64,000 nucleotides of DNA from Octopus sinensis (Eukaryota), in contig NC_043012.1 in NCBI RefSeq assembly GCF_006345805.1, forward strand, positions 42,408,001 to 42,472,000. The letters are read 5' to 3'. Shown here in pieces: positions 37,835 through 52,844 of the stretch; the stretch's first letter is position 1, and each line of letters begins with the position of its first letter. The notes below the pieces were generated by a model. That model had not been told where the DNA came from and ran no database searches. It was given only the letters and a program-made list of their open reading frames with translations. The translations under genes and the position numbers were made by a program.

Positions 37835-40432
37835 TACTAAATATTTGAATAAGTATTTTGGTCATGAGCACAGTGCAACACCGTCGTACAGAAAACACAA
37901 ATAGGATCCTAATACGTGACAGAAAAGAATAAGGGAAGATAATCGGGGTGATGACTTAATTAGACTTGGTGGATACAATGTGACTTGAAGATCATTATAT
38001 TGATATATATTCAGTGTCTAATTGTCTGTCTATAACTGCACCCTCCTTGCTTATTTATTCATTCTTAGCACTTAATCCTCCGTAGTCAAGTAGGGTATTT
38101 TGCAGTGCAAGGCTAAATACGTATTTCATATATTTAGCATTAACAGAATTCATCTGACGTTGACCGTAGCCAGAACCAGTTATATTTTTATGCCACTGCT
38201 ACTTACATTTAATTAGACTAGGGCTACATAGCAATTATATATTCAATTTATCAAACATCAACTTTTTTCTATTCTTCAATTAATGCGATTACGTTTAAAG
38301 TATCTTCTTTTTCATGACTATATTCCATTTTACTCATTTCTTTGATCTCTTTCAATAAAAAAAAAGTTTGAATAAAATGCAACCTGCACACAGTCTAATC
38401 AGTGGTGGTTTTTGAAAACATTAAATAAATAATGGCTTTTCCACGAACTCAATATAGCATAAGTCCATGTTTTCTTAATTCATTGGGATGATGGACATAG
38501 TTAATCATGGTTGGAGTCGTACTTACAATGTTAAGATATGAAACTAATTACGGCAGTTTATTTAGTTCGGTTCTCTACCGCGCTTACCGCTTTAGAAACT
38601 CAATAAATACATGAATAATAAAAATGTTCCATCATTTATTCATTACCTATGCAGTTTCTGTTTGTTTCATTAAGAAACAACAGCCCGAAAGATTATTCGA
38701 AATCATGACTCAATTAAAAGCTAGAAGGAATTAATGAAACGACATAGGAAACAAGAGCAAAGATCCATAACAAAGAAGAAGAAAATTACATTCCAAAATG
38801 TCGGATTGGTTGCTTTGTATTGTTGACAATTATAAATGAGACAAGGCTATATGTACAGGCAATGGAATGAAATTGAAGACATTGGAATGGCTTACATTCA
38901 CATTGATGATGTCGGGGAAAATTGTGGTTGCATAGTTGTCGGTACAGCGTACTATCAACAATTTCATGGGTTTTTACTACGTTAATGAACGACAGGTCAC
39001 GTAATATCTACTTCAGTGTAAACATGCTGTATGTAACTGGTGCAGTCGGAATGGTTGCGGATTGCTGATGTGATTCTTATTGCAGCTATGGTTGGAATGG
39101 TTGCTTTGGAAAGATAAATAATTGAATTGTTTTTCAGCTAGTCTTTTGATCTTTTATTTTTAGCTGATCTTTTATTTATTTTTTTACCTTTTACACTCTG
39201 CAGCACTTGCAAAGAAAAATCACGCGGAAAAATATTCACAAATGATCGGGTGTGTGGGAACACACACGAGTATTTTGCCTTTGAGACATACTTAAGTTCG
39301 TCTGCGTAGAATTTAAAATAATCACTAATAAAGAGATGGGGTGTTTCTGGTTCCTTATTAATCAAAAAGTTGAACGGGTTTTTGATTACGTGGTTGGGTT
39401 AATGAGTACATACATATATGTACATGGAATCTTTTAGTGAATGTAAATGTCTTTAAGGTATATTATTATGCGTAAATATCTTATGTCTGTAGGTGTACAC
39501 AATAAGTACATATGATTTTGTGTGCATGCTCAGCCGAGAAGACTTAAAGAGAGAATCTTTGGAATGGTTTACAAATCCACGAATCCGCTAATCAATTGAA
39601 TTGTCAGGGTACGAGTCGGTTTCTTGAAAGGCCCTAATATTTCAAGTTATGTAAAGCTGTTCTTATTAAGTGCAAAAGACCTATGACGACAAGAAGGTGA
39701 TTGGAAGAAAGATCTGTAAGTTCGGCATTAGTTCACCATAAGATAGTCTCATATTTAGATGATGCATTTACAGCCAACAAACAGCTGATTGCTGTATGTA
39801 TGTATGTATGTATTATGTATGTATGTATGCATGTATGTATGTATGTATGTATGTATGTATGTATGTATGTATGTATGTATGCATGCATGTATGTATGTAT
39901 GTATGTATGTATGTATGTATGTATGTATGTATGTATGTATGTACTAATGTGTTTATACATAGGTAGTATACACACATGATTAAAATAATACATTATTAAA
40001 AGTATATATCAGAATCAGTCTAGGGAGCTTAACTATCTTTCAAAGATAGAATATGCCTCCATTATATATGTTACGTTATATTACAATTCGTCACAGAAGC
40101 AAAGACAGAATTTCAAATAACTAAATATCAAAATATTCAATGATGGTTCCAGCCTCAAGGAAATTGTTCCAATTATCCAGAAAACCAGATAGATACTCAC
40201 GAGACTCAACAAAAAATGTTCAGCTTCTTTAACAAGGTGTGTAATGCAGTAGTTGTAATACGTTCACTATTTCGTAGCCGGAAAATTGAGATCACGTAAA
40301 ATGACTTCGCTGAACAACTGAAACTATTCGCGTTAACTCTAAATACAGCGACTGGAATAATACCCCAGTTACGATTTACTACACGGAGCCAAGCATTGAA
40401 GGTATGATCTACAAAGCATGAATCTGCCTATA

Positions 40433-40517
<85 letters not shown>

Positions 40518-40520
<3 letters not shown>

Positions 40521-40883
40521 TGCAGGCGTTGTTGTGTTTCCCAACCACATGGTTCCGTGTTCAGTCCTACTGCGTGGTACGTTGGGCAAGTGTTTTCTAT
40601 TATAGCCTCGGGTCAACCAGAACCTTGTGAGTGGATTTGGTAGACGGAAACTAAGAGAAGCCGTCGTGTATTTATATATGTGTGTGTGTGTGTGTCTTTG
40701 TGTCTGAGTTTGTTCCCCCATCACCGCTTCATAACTGGTTCTGGTGTTTGCATCCTCGTAACTTGGTAGTAGAATAAATACCAGGCTTACAAATAATAAA
40801 TCCTTGGGCCGATTTCTTTGACTAAAAGGAGGTGCTCCAGCATGGCCCCAGTCAAATGACTGAAACAAATAAAAGAATAAAAG
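40518..40883 (+). mobile_element. tRNA-derived SINE (family S1)
   Basis: Homologous throughout to 28081-28448, same CAGTCAAATGACTG tail; follows (TA)n. Confidence 0.8.
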
Positions 40884-43780
40884 ACTATATATATAACATA
40901 TATATATTGGGAATAGGTTAGTAGTAAGGTAGACAGGTAAGTAGATAGCTATGTAGGTAGGTAGGTAGGTAAGTACGTACGTACGTACGTAGGTATGTAG
41001 GTACGTACGTAGATAGGTAGGTAAGTGGGTATGTATGTATGTATGTAGGTAGGTAGGTAGGTAGGTAGGTAGGTAGGTTGGTAGGCAGGTAGGCCGGTAG
41101 ATATGCAAATGACTATTCATGCATGCATGTATGCATATGTCTGGTAATAGTGACGAATGCGAAACTTGGAAATCACTAACTTGTAAAAATCAACGTATGT
41201 TTGTGTGCGTGACCCCCTCCACATACACGCACGCACAAACACACACACACACACAAGCATATATATATGCTTGTGTATGTATGTGTATGTATGTGTGTGT
41301 GTGCGTGCCTGCATGCATACATACATACATATTGTGGTTAGTTTTCTTGTTCACCTTCCTTATCTTTTTTCTCCTCCATAAAGTAAGAGAAAATTTTGAT
41401 GAAATAGACCAAGAGGAATATTACGTACATAAGTGAATACGTGATTGATATAGTGTGATATATTTTATGAGTGAACCAGCGTTGACTTGAATATATTAAC
41501 GCTCATGTAGAAATATGTAGTGACCCATGGACTTTTATGATGATCTACAGGAGCCACTCATAAAATGTTTCTGTAATGTCTAAGGCTGCTTTAGACCCGA
41601 TTGAATTTATTTTCCTTGATCCTATTCTCTCCGTAGACAACACTTCGTATTCATTGACAATCAAATGACTCCGTTTGTAACCTTTACTTGCCAATCAGCC
41701 TTTGATTAACCATCTATTCATTGGTAAAAGCTTTATGGTATTCGATCGAGCTTCTTTGCAAGCCTTGTCGGCTTTTGTAGATTTTAAATCAAAATGATTG
41801 ATTGGAAATTGTTAAAGACATAATCATTTGGAATGAGAAATTTTTACGATATTTTTCTGCGTGTGAAGTCATTCCGAACTGGATAAGTGATATTATTAGG
41901 AACGGTGAGATATTAGATCGACTGCAAAGAGATGATTGGAATATCGGTAAAAATATCTTTAGTGAATGAGGGGAGGATATGGAAGATCAAACAGGTGAAA
42001 GACGTTTTTAAAATGAAATGCTGAAAGCAAAGTTGAAGCAATTCGCACGATTTATAATGGTTTATAATGGTTCAATGTCTAGACTCTGGCGCAAATATTC
42101 AATGAGATTCCGAAATATAACTTACATTGAATTAATAATTAAAAATATACTATTCTGCGTATATTAAATTTCAGATATCTATTTCAACTAGCAAGTCAAG
42201 TGTGTAAGAGTACTTTGAACATGGTTGCTAGAGTTAATGGAGGACAGTATTGTGAAGTTTATCTTTCAGCTAAGTTTTCCAGATTTAATGTGGAATGCAT
42301 CATTTCAGCCAGTGTGGGTGTTAAAATTGGAACTTAGTAGCGCAAGTCAAGCTTCAGTTATGTCGGGTGGGAGAAGGTCCTGTTGTTCTGAACATACGCA
42401 AGCAGTTACAAGTTAACTGTCTTGAATACAATATGTAAAATCAGTAACAAATTATACATGTTAAAGTTGACAACCCAACATTTCAATGAGTCACCCAGCA
42501 GTGACTCTCAAATTGAGATAATTGTTTTTCAGACAATATACGTTTAAATGACTCACGGATATCTCAGCCATAGATTAAGAACAACGCTACGCTAACGAGC
42601 TCGCAATGATAACAAAACATGTCTAAATTTAATATTATTCATTAACTAAAATTGTTTTTCCTCACCACATAAATATTTCTAGTTATCATCTTGATTCTTC
42701 CTGTATTGGAACTAATTTAACTACTGTACAAGTCTATTGTTTAACACCGAAACAGATTTGGTATAAAGAAGAGATTTACACTGAATATTATTGGAGATAA
42801 ATTCTTCCTAATTCTCAGAATTTATTTATTTATTTACGACAAAAGCGATATCTACTTTGTCGCTGCAGGAAACACAAGCTATAATTCTCTTCAGAAAGAT
42901 ATCATCTTAGTTATTCCTTTTTAAATTTCAAATTATATTGATAACATATGAATATAAATCAATAGTATTCACATAAAACAAAGCGGATGCTATATTGGCT
43001 AAATCATTACAGTATTACTCGATATTCCTTTGTCAATATAATGATTTTAGCATCTTCTAACAGTATCATTCTATTTATCGTTGCCAAACAGTATTGATAT
43101 TAGCTGAGAAGATTCGAGTATTTAGTCCTTCAGCTCTCAACTATGTTTCCATCTAACCGTTAATGAAGACATCCTATCAAGTATACAAGTTTATCCATTA
43201 ATTGAGGTCGCCCCTTTCGCTTTCAAATAGCCGTAGTAAATCAATAAGGAGACATCCGTGTGTCTCTTTCTGAAACTTACCCTCTGATCACTATTGAACT
43301 TTTTCTAGAGCCTACTTCATGGCAAGGCAAAGGTCACGCATCTTGCGACAAAAGCATGGCATTAGCTATTTTACTCGGTGCTTATTAAACATTTGTATGT
43401 ACTCTTCTGGAGGAATTCAAACAGTTGCATTCACCCCGAAGAATTTTCTTTTGGGACACACATAGATATGCACACAGACATTTACAAACGTTGAAGGGAA
43501 CACAGACACACAAACTCATACACGCATACACACACACAAACACAGTGAGGGCTACGTTCTCATATCACAGTTCTCTACGTGGCCTCGCAACCTACAAGCA
43601 TCTCCGTGAAATCAGACCCTCTGTCTTTGGAAAGAAAAGAACAGAATGGATTTTTAAAAATGTAGTTTTTTTTTAATATACCCAATAAATACGGGATGGT
43701 CATAACTGGAATGCCTTTTAACATGTTTCATCTCTGTCCGATTAGACCTACCACTTCTGCTGCTGTTGTTGCTGCTGCTG

Positions 43781-43835
<55 letters not shown>

Positions 43836-43979
43836 ACTTAAATAAGTAATCAGGGCACATTAGTTTCGAAGACTCAGATTAGATCAGATTAGTTATAGTT
43901 TGATAAGTGCCATACATGAAACTTTGACCCATTAGTCACTTTATAAATTCTACCGATTAAAAGCAATAAAATACCAATA

Positions 43980-44036
<57 letters not shown>

Positions 44037-44047
44037 GTATGTATGTA

Positions 44048-44083
<36 letters not shown>

Positions 44084-44133
44084 TGTATATATATATATAT
44101 GTATATGTCTGTGTATGTGTGTGTTGTAGTAGT

Positions 44134-44184
<51 letters not shown>

Positions 44185-44644
44185 TGCATATCATGTTTTA
44201 TAGCGAGAAAGAAAAAGGAAAAGGCGGATGAACACCAAATGATTGATGGAGCTATATACGAAGGTCTTAGAATTTATGGATATGCGTATGTGTGTTTGTG
44301 CATGTGTGTGTGTATATGAGTGTGTGTGTGTGTGGTGAAAGTCTGTTGTGGGGAGATAGGAGCGAGTAAACGTATGTAAACATGAATATACATATATTTA
44401 CGCATACGTGTGTATTCATGTCTTCGTGTACATAAAATATACTGAAATATGTCCGAAAATGTAACAGCATACATAAATATGCAAGTACATATATATGTAT
44501 GTCTGCAGGTTTGAAAGAACATGACATTTTTGTTTATGTATATTTATATACATGTGTGTGTGCGTGTTAATGTGTGTGCGTATGTTTGTGCGTGTGTGTG
44601 TGGGTGTATTTGCGCGCGCTTGCAAGTAGCTGACTAGATAGATA

Positions 44645-45658
44645 AGTTTCTTTATTGGCCACACAGGGCTGCACACAGATGGGACAAATTACAAGGTAGA
44701 GCTTTTCTTTTGTGGGATGAAAAAAAAAGAAAGTGGCGTAGGTTTTCGATCAAAAGGGATCGTAAAAGGGGAAAAGGAAAAAAAAGGGAAAAAAAGGAAA
44801 AGAAAAATAAAAAAGAAAAAAGAGGAAAAAAGGGGAAGAGGAAAGAAAACGATCAATAGGGATTGTATATCACAGTGTCATGATGTACGATGTAAAGGGG
44901 GAAGCAGATAAGATTTATCCGTGGGAAGAAAAGCCTACGAAAAAGACCACGATAACTTCGGTCAATATTGTTATATGTTACCACATTTGTTTGCAAGTGG
45001 GTAACCCTCTGTTTTCAATTTCTGGATTCATAGGATTATGCTCAAGGTGGCTTCGTCATTCATACGTGCCATCCTTGCTACATTCACCCATCTTTTTTTA
45101 AAACATTCGCTAGACAAAACTTGCCTCTCTACTCTCACTTTCCTTTTCAAGTGGTACTTGAAGAAGTTGATGAGAGATTGACCAGAGAGGAAAGTGTTTG
45201 TCTCCAATCCTTTCAGACGCGTCTACCAGATACATTCTTTCGCCATAGCCACTAGGATGATGAAAATAGCTCTTCCTTCCTGTTTGAAGGAAGGAGGCGT
45301 GACAATATTGACGATAGACTCAGCTGATAAACTGACTTGTCCCACACGTGACAGCAGTTGTTCGACATAAGCCCACAAGTCGGAAATTGTTGGACACTGC
45401 ACGAGTGCGTGCAGAACGGTTTCGTCGCTCTGACCGCATCTCGGGCAGGTCGACCCCGTGTTTCTCGAGCCGTGTCTGTAGAGCTTATCCCGAACGGGTA
45501 GCGCTTCTCGGTAGCACTGCCAGGCCAGGAATCTCTGGAAGTTGTCCATGGGCCCTGGCCCGAAAGTCGTCCCGAACAGGCGGGTCAGGTATTCCTCGTC
45601 GACGTCCAGGTTCGCCCCGAGCTCGTCGTCGTACCTCCCCTCCACTAATCCCCTATAG
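44645..45658 (-). mobile_element. 5'-truncated Tx1/L1-clade LINE (C-terminal CCHC zinc finger, 3' UTR, AATAAA) inserted in (GATA)n
   Basis: ORF 45223-45645: LAWQCYREALPVRDKL...CPRCGQSDETVLHALVQC...LW (zf-RVT-like); GC-rich relative to flanks; the 3' end reads GGCCAATAAAGAAACT then TATCTATC; GATA repeats at both junctions. Confidence 0.85.
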
Positions 45659-45661
45659 AAT

Positions 45662-45748
<87 letters not shown>

Positions 45749-45797
45749 GGATGGATGGATATTTATGTTATATGTATGTAATATATATATATATATA

Positions 45798-45972
45798 TTT
45801 CGATGGCCGGATAACTGAAGAGATGGTGGCGTGGGTTTCCGCCCCGACATCCGAAACTCGGAGTTTTATCATGGCTACCGAATAATTGTCACATATTATA
45901 TTTACAGATAAATTCCTCTGTTTACATAATATCGATATCTATTTCGTTCTTTTGTCTTACCATTTCTATCAA
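45798..45972 (+). mobile_element. Family H1 copy with intact hammerhead core (45810-45870)
   Basis: GATAA-CTGAAGA-GATG...CATCC-GAAA-CTCGGAG-TT/TTATC; same 3' end as the other H1 copies, next to (TA)n. Confidence 0.8.
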
Positions 45973-45982
45973 TATATATATA

Positions 45983-46689
45983 TCTTTATATATATAAAAC
46001 TGAGAATATGTGTCCGTCTGTCTGTCTGTGTGTTTCCCTAAAACTTGAGAACTACACAACCAATTTCATTCAAATTTTACACATGCCTTACTTAGGGTCC
46101 ATGTAGTTTCATGGGCAATAAGAAATGTTCAACTTCTTGCCTAGAGCAAGCCCATAGCAATATCATATCTTCACTATTTCAGTATTACGTGTTAAAAGTG
46201 AAACAAAAATATTTCTCTATCTTATGTCAGATGCTTTCATTTTAACAATAAAAATAATAATAACAATTGAATTATATGTAGTAACTAATAATTATAATCG
46301 TAACATAACAAAAGTTAAAATAGCAATTGGTATAAAATTGCATCAATGATTTGAACTTGAATAAGTGGTTTCACATGAATGGGAATAAATTAAAAATAAA
46401 ATTAGCGTGCAGAAATGGAATTGTCCAGATGGATAATAAAACATTTAATTAAAGAAAAGACTATTGTCTATAAAGTATACAATGTAGAGAAAAAAAGAAG
46501 AGCTAACAATTCCAGTCTGTTATATATTTTGAGTATTGTTATCACTAGCGATATCAAGATATAACTTTGTATTTTGCATTTTATGTGTAGATGTATATAT
46601 ATAGATGTACATGTAATATGTACACATATATATACACATATATACATGCACTAGCACTATGACCCGGCAACGACGGGTCTTTAATGCTA

Positions 46690-46690
<1 letters not shown>
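45983..46690 (+). mobile_element. Non-autonomous Helitron
   Basis: A|TC start (TCTTTATATATATAAAA) followed by (TCTG)n; 3' hairpin GACCCG-GCAACGA-CGGGTC (46661-46679) and CTAG|T end. Confidence 0.8.
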
Positions 46691-46734
<44 letters not shown>

Positions 46735-47299
46735 GTGTAATACATACATTGTTATTATCATGGAGATCCCACGGTAAATACGAAATTTTTAGATGGCTGG
46801 AAGTTTACAGAGAATCATAAAAATTAGTGTTACGTTTTGAAATTGCATATTCCGCATTACTTTCATTTTAAAATACCTTTCAGTTCTTCTGGATAACGCT
46901 GTAATTGAGGGAACATGGCTTCTCCATTCTCTCAATATTTCAGGTGTTAATTTATAAATCTAAGAGCTTGAGTGTGATTACAGAGAATATTCGTGTCATC
47001 AACGTTATAGCTTTCCATTATATGTTAAGATTTTTCTGACCTTCTCTCACAGTTTCATTTCCTATTCTATCTCGAGCGCGCTTTCTTATCTGTTGTAAAT
47101 AACTACTGTATTCTTTTTATTCATATTTTACCTCATAATCTGTCTATGATAAGTTTGTTGTTATAGCGAATATAACCCTTCATTTTACTGTGTACCCATC
47201 GATGTATTTGGCAATGTGGATAAAAAACTGAAAACTAATATATTATTTTCTTATTAGTCACAAAAATAATATATTATCTGGGGCTTAAAATTTCCCTTT

Positions 47300-47418
<119 letters not shown>

Positions 47419-48428
47419 TTTGTTTTAACTTGACTACCTGAACATTTCACCTCTGCCAAACATAGTATTTCTAACTCTTTCTATATCACTCCCTCCAACA
47501 AAGTTTTTAGCCACGTAATAACTATTACTTACCTTCTACCATACGTCATTAACATCTATGTCCTACCTTTTTAATTTCCCTCTTTCCAACTTTTCCTTCC
47601 CTCTTCGCCTCTCCGTTCACCTAACCACATGACAGCGTAACGCATTTGGTCTTAGCGCATTAATATATAGACTAGCAGTACCTGTGGAAATACCAGGTTT
47701 ATTTTGAAAAATGTATGATGAAATGTTATGTTTTTCTGAAACATCCGATTCTTGAGAAGATGTAAAAGGGGCAATCAATCAATATATCTTTCTACCATGT
47801 TCTACTTACATTTCGTTCAGTGTATGAATCTGTCTACTCTAACAATACAGATAAACTTTAAACCAATTAACTAAAAAAAAAATAACAATAGTCGATACCC
47901 CAGCATGACATCAACCTCTGGGTTGCTATACATAAAAAGGTAGAAGTAACATCCACAGCTATTCGCTATGATTATTTCTCTTTGGTTTAACTATGTGTCG
48001 ATATATCTACCCACCCGTTTTTCTATCTTTTATCCGTCAACGAATCTATTTATCCACATTGATAGATCGACGGATTAAAGATATGGAAACTGTTGAAGAG
48101 CAAAACCTGTAACAACTAAACTCTTATTCTCATTGTCTGTTACATTATTCTATTATACTACGTTTAATCTTTTTTGAATATGTATGTATGTTTGTGCATG
48201 CATGTATGCATGTTTTCTTTGTGATTTGGGCAAAGACTTGAATAGCTTAATATACACCCATGTAAGAAATGTGTAGAATCTATGTCTAGTATACTTCCAT
48301 ACTCTCTGATGAGTAAAGTCCAGTTAGGCCTGTCGCGGGAATCCTTTCGTCATAAGTAAATGCACGGTGTACCATCTTCTTCATCATTATTATTTACGTT
48401 TATATATACATTATGCACACACACGCAT

Positions 48429-48496
<68 letters not shown>

Positions 48497-48655
48497 TTAT
48501 ATATACATATATTTATTTATTTTCATAAATATATATGTGTATATAGAGAGAGAGTAGAAAACGAAGTTATTTTATTGAACACGGGTAGAAATATATTCTT
48601 ATATATATATATATATATTCCTGTATATATCTGTGTGTGTGTGTGTGCATATATC

Positions 48656-48720
<65 letters not shown>

Positions 48721-49692
48721 TTAGATGTATGTATATATATATATATTTGAATATTTATATATATATACATACATCTATATATATATAGTGTGTGTGTTGT
48801 GTGTGTGTGTCTGTGTGTCTGTGTGTTTGTGTCTGTGTGGTGTCTGTGTGTCTGTGTGTGCGTGTGTGTGTGTGTGTGTGTGCGTGTATGTATGTATGTC
48901 CGTACGTATTTGTAGATATATATCAGAGAGACAGACAGAGAGGTAGATGTTTGTTAAATTTTTCTTTCTCAACACCTACAAATATTTAGTAAATATTTAT
49001 GGAACCAAATGAAGCTGTCTCCGTATTTTATTGTAGTAATTTCTAACATTTCTATTATATTGTGTGTGTTGTTGCTGTTGAGAAAGATGATAACACAGAC
49101 GTTGTATTTGTTCGGTTATTTTTATTATTCCTTATGTTGTTGCTGTTGTATTTAGTCTGTTTCTAGCACTACTTACTTATTATATTATCTACTATCATAA
49201 AAGTACATTGTTAGATGTTATTTATCCATTCTCAAGGAATTTTCCTTCATAATTGAATCAGAAAATAGTCTGCTCAGAATATATGTGTATGTGTATGAGT
49301 CTATGAATGCAGGTATGTTATGTATGAGTGTATGCCAGTGTGTATGTGTATATGTGCTTGCCTCTGTGTGTGTGTTGTGTGTGAATGTGTGAGCCTCTTA
49401 CGCAGAATAATGATGAGGACAAATCCCTCCCTGCTTTTCTATTCAGAACACACTACGTTTTTAACTTTCTATCAACCCTCAGCGACTAATATAATACGAC
49501 TATATTAGATATATATGGAACTCAAAATCAATACGAAACAAAAAAGAATAAAAATTCATTTCTTGTACAATAAACGCTTTCGTGGCGTTTATATTCATTT
49601 CTTTTGTGTTTTTATAAGGCTCTTCCTCTGTGTGTATATGTCAGATAATACATACATACATACATACATACATACATACATACATACATACA

Positions 49693-49728
<36 letters not shown>

Positions 49729-50204
49729 TATACATGTGTGTATGTATATACACATACTAATATATAGAGAGAGAATAAAGGGAGAGAGTGAAAGAGAGAG
49801 ATAGCTAAATACTTAAAGAAAGAGAGTGAAGTAGATATATAGATAGATAGATATGTTTCTTCACTGTTCATAACACACACAGGCACATACATACACATAT
49901 AAACACATATGTATATAGAAAGAGGGAGAGGAAGAGCGACAGAAAGATAGATAAACGAATATGTGTGTGAATGTATGTATGTATGTATGTATGTGTGTAT
50001 GTATGTATGTATGTATGTATGTATGTATGTATGTATGTATGTATGTATGTAGGTGCGTATGTATGTATGAACACGGTATAGTTATAAACAGGGCAAATTG
50101 TAACCATTTCTCTGCAGATTGAACAAATGATGAATAAATGATGAGGCGGTGCTCCAGCATGGCCGCAGTCAAATGACTGAAACAAGTAAAAGAGTAAAAG
50201 AGTA

Positions 50205-50247
50205 ACCTTAATCGATTTTCAGACCTTATTGGGTTCTCGTCAGAGGC
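50205..50247 (-). ncRNA. Minimal hammerhead-like motif directly after a SINE-type tail (50145-50203)
   Basis: GCCU-CUGACGA-GAACC(CAAUAA)GGUCU-GAAA-AUCGAU-UA/AGGU; intact core, palindromic AAUCGAUU stem III, imperfect stem II. Confidence 0.5.
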
Positions 50248-51403
50248 GTCCACATCATTCTGAAAGTCTCCAGATAAACAAGCAGCTAAACTTTTTTATA
50301 TACTCAAGAAATGCAGCAGTTACTCTATGAAAGAGTCCCTAACTTTCATACAGAAAGAGTTTAACACTCTATAAATGCCAGTGACCTGTCAACGGTGATC
50401 TTAGTTCACATAGTATCAAGGTATGATATAATAAATAATATACGTATGGTATAATTATGTGTGTATGAGAAATGGAGAAAGTCAAGCAGACAACGAATGA
50501 AATTAATGAACCACATTTAAAGAAAGCCATTTCCCAAGAAGTACCAATGGTGAACCAAAACAAACGTCAGTCCAAGTTACGGCTGCATGAAGAATCTCGA
50601 GAGCCTAATAATGCATAAACTTTGATGGACCAACAGAAACATCTAAAATGCTGACTGTAACTTCAGGACAAAACCGAACAGTCTCCTTAAAAAAGAAATT
50701 CTTGACAAAAGCAATTATCTACAAAATGATGGTAAACATTTTCTTGATAGCATTCAAACAATTTTTTATTGTATGAAGGAAAATAGCTTTCAAATGTGTT
50801 AACATCATGGACAAGGAAAAAGGATATGCGCCTTCAAAAAAAGCGATGGGTTTGACTTTCTCGATATCAACGAGTCAATCAATGCACACAATGCATATAA
50901 GAACGAAGCGCCGATCAGATACTGCATATAAATACTATGTACATAAATATTATGCATTTAAAGATACAGGGAATTGGATAAAAGATGAAAATTCCTTCGC
51001 GAAAACAAATTCCTCCAGGAAGATTACCACAGCGGGATGATAATTTACTTGCTCTGCAGTTGTAAATATCAGAACCAACCGAAAATTTCGAAGACGCCGT
51101 TTCGTGGCTAGGAACGACCTTAATAACTCCAATAACATTTAAAATATTTCTTCGTTGTTATTCCATGTGACGATAATCTCCACCAAAAACAAACTAAAAT
51201 AGTGGAAACTAAGTAATCTTTAATCCTTCTTATAATAGTATTAAGAGGGCGTATGTCCGTATGAGGTGACGGTTTTTGCAGTCTTTAAGCGATGTTTAAG
51301 AAAAGAAATAAATGACTTTGTAGCCCCTCACAATTCAGTGTCAACTTCTTTAGCCATGATAAGTAAAATTTATTTTGCAACACCAGGCAAGGATTACTAA
51401 AGT

Positions 51404-51455
<52 letters not shown>

Positions 51456-52124
51456 GTAGGATGTAGGTAGGTAGGTAGGTAGGTAGGTAGGTAGGTAGGT
51501 AGGTAGACAGATACATACATACATATATAGACAGACAGGCATGCAGGCAGACAGGCGTGCAATCAGACAGACTGACATGCAGGCAGACATGCGTGCAATC
51601 AGACAGATAGACAATATTTCAAGCTTACGGCCACAACATCGGAAGGAAATAAAAATCATTTTTTTCATCTGCCGCTAAACAAAATACAGAATGACGAAGG
51701 CGGAAACAACTTCCTAAATTAAAGGTCGTCAAATTAATGTGTCTCGTTCCATTTATTTTTCACTTCTTGCAAAAATATCTTTTTATATATATGCTACATA
51801 AAAGAATGAATAAATGACGTACTTTTCTGTGAAAATGCTTTTTTAAATACATTCTGTTTTTATTTGTGTCGATAAGTAAAATTAAGAAAAACATATACAC
51901 GAATATCTTATACCTATGTGTCGAATGTTCCGAATTTATTACGCACATGCATGCATACATACATACATATATACATACAGACATACAAACATACATACAT
52001 GCATGCTTGCATACATACATATAGACATACATGCATATATATATATATATATATACACACACATACATATATATACATACATATGCATATATATGTGTGT
52101 GTGTGTGTGTTTGTGTGTAATATA

Positions 52125-52790
52125 ATATGTGACACTTATTCGGTTGCCATAATAAAACTCCGAGTTTCGGATGTCGGGGCGGAAATATACTCCGGCATCT
52201 CGTCGTATGGGTATGTGTACGTCTGTGTATGTGTGCGCGCGCGTGTATGCGGATATGTATATGTGTACATCGTGTGTGTGTGTGTGTGCGTGTGTGTGCG
52301 TGTGCGCGGGTATGTATATATGCACATGTATATGTACATGTGTATCGTTGCGTTTATATGTGGGTATACATGCATGTGTTTCACGCGAGTGTGAGTGAAC
52401 ATATGCATATAGGCACATGTACGTGGGTGTGCGTGCGTGCATGTTGTATGTATGTACATGCGTGCATATGCAATTTCTATGCGCATTTTTTACTTTTTTA
52501 CTTTCTCCTCTTCGGTTTTTGCCCTTATTTAACGGTCATTTTAATAGGTTTTTTGTCTTAATAACGGTCACTCACATAGTAATTTCCCTTTGTTTAACGG
52601 TCATTTTCATAGCATTTTTTGATTATCTTGATAACTGACGAGATGCCGGAGCAGATTTCTGCCCCGACATCCGAAACTCGGAGTTTTATTATGGCAACCA
52701 AATAATTGTCACATATATATTATAGATAAATTCCTCTATTTACATAATATCGAGGTCTCATTCATTCTTTTGTTGTCATACCATTGCTAT
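52125..52790. mobile_element. Family H1 inverted pair (minus fragment 52125-52204; plus copy ~52530-52790 with HHR 52630-52690)
   Basis: Arms 52125-52204 and 52637-52716 are reverse complements with a few mismatches; the plus copy reads GATAA-CTGACGA-GATG...CATCC-GAAA-CTCGGAG-TT/TTATT. Confidence 0.8.
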
Positions 52791-52812
52791 TAATATATAT
52801 ATATATATGTAA

Positions 52813-52844
<32 letters not shown>

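Noticed and set aside
39170-39310. Strong-looking splice acceptor (polypyrimidine-CTGCAG at 39203) followed by short open frames; also minus ORF 39138-39365
   Set aside because: No recognisable protein similarity, and no partner exons or convincing donor identified; needs RNA-seq.
48300-48360. CTGATGA at 48306 as another hammerhead
   Set aside because: No correctly placed stem II, GAAA or UH downstream.
50500-51140. Less repetitive stretch with short open frames (e.g. ORF 50807-51040) as an exon or transposase remnant
   Set aside because: No recognisable motif in the frames examined, and frequent stops.
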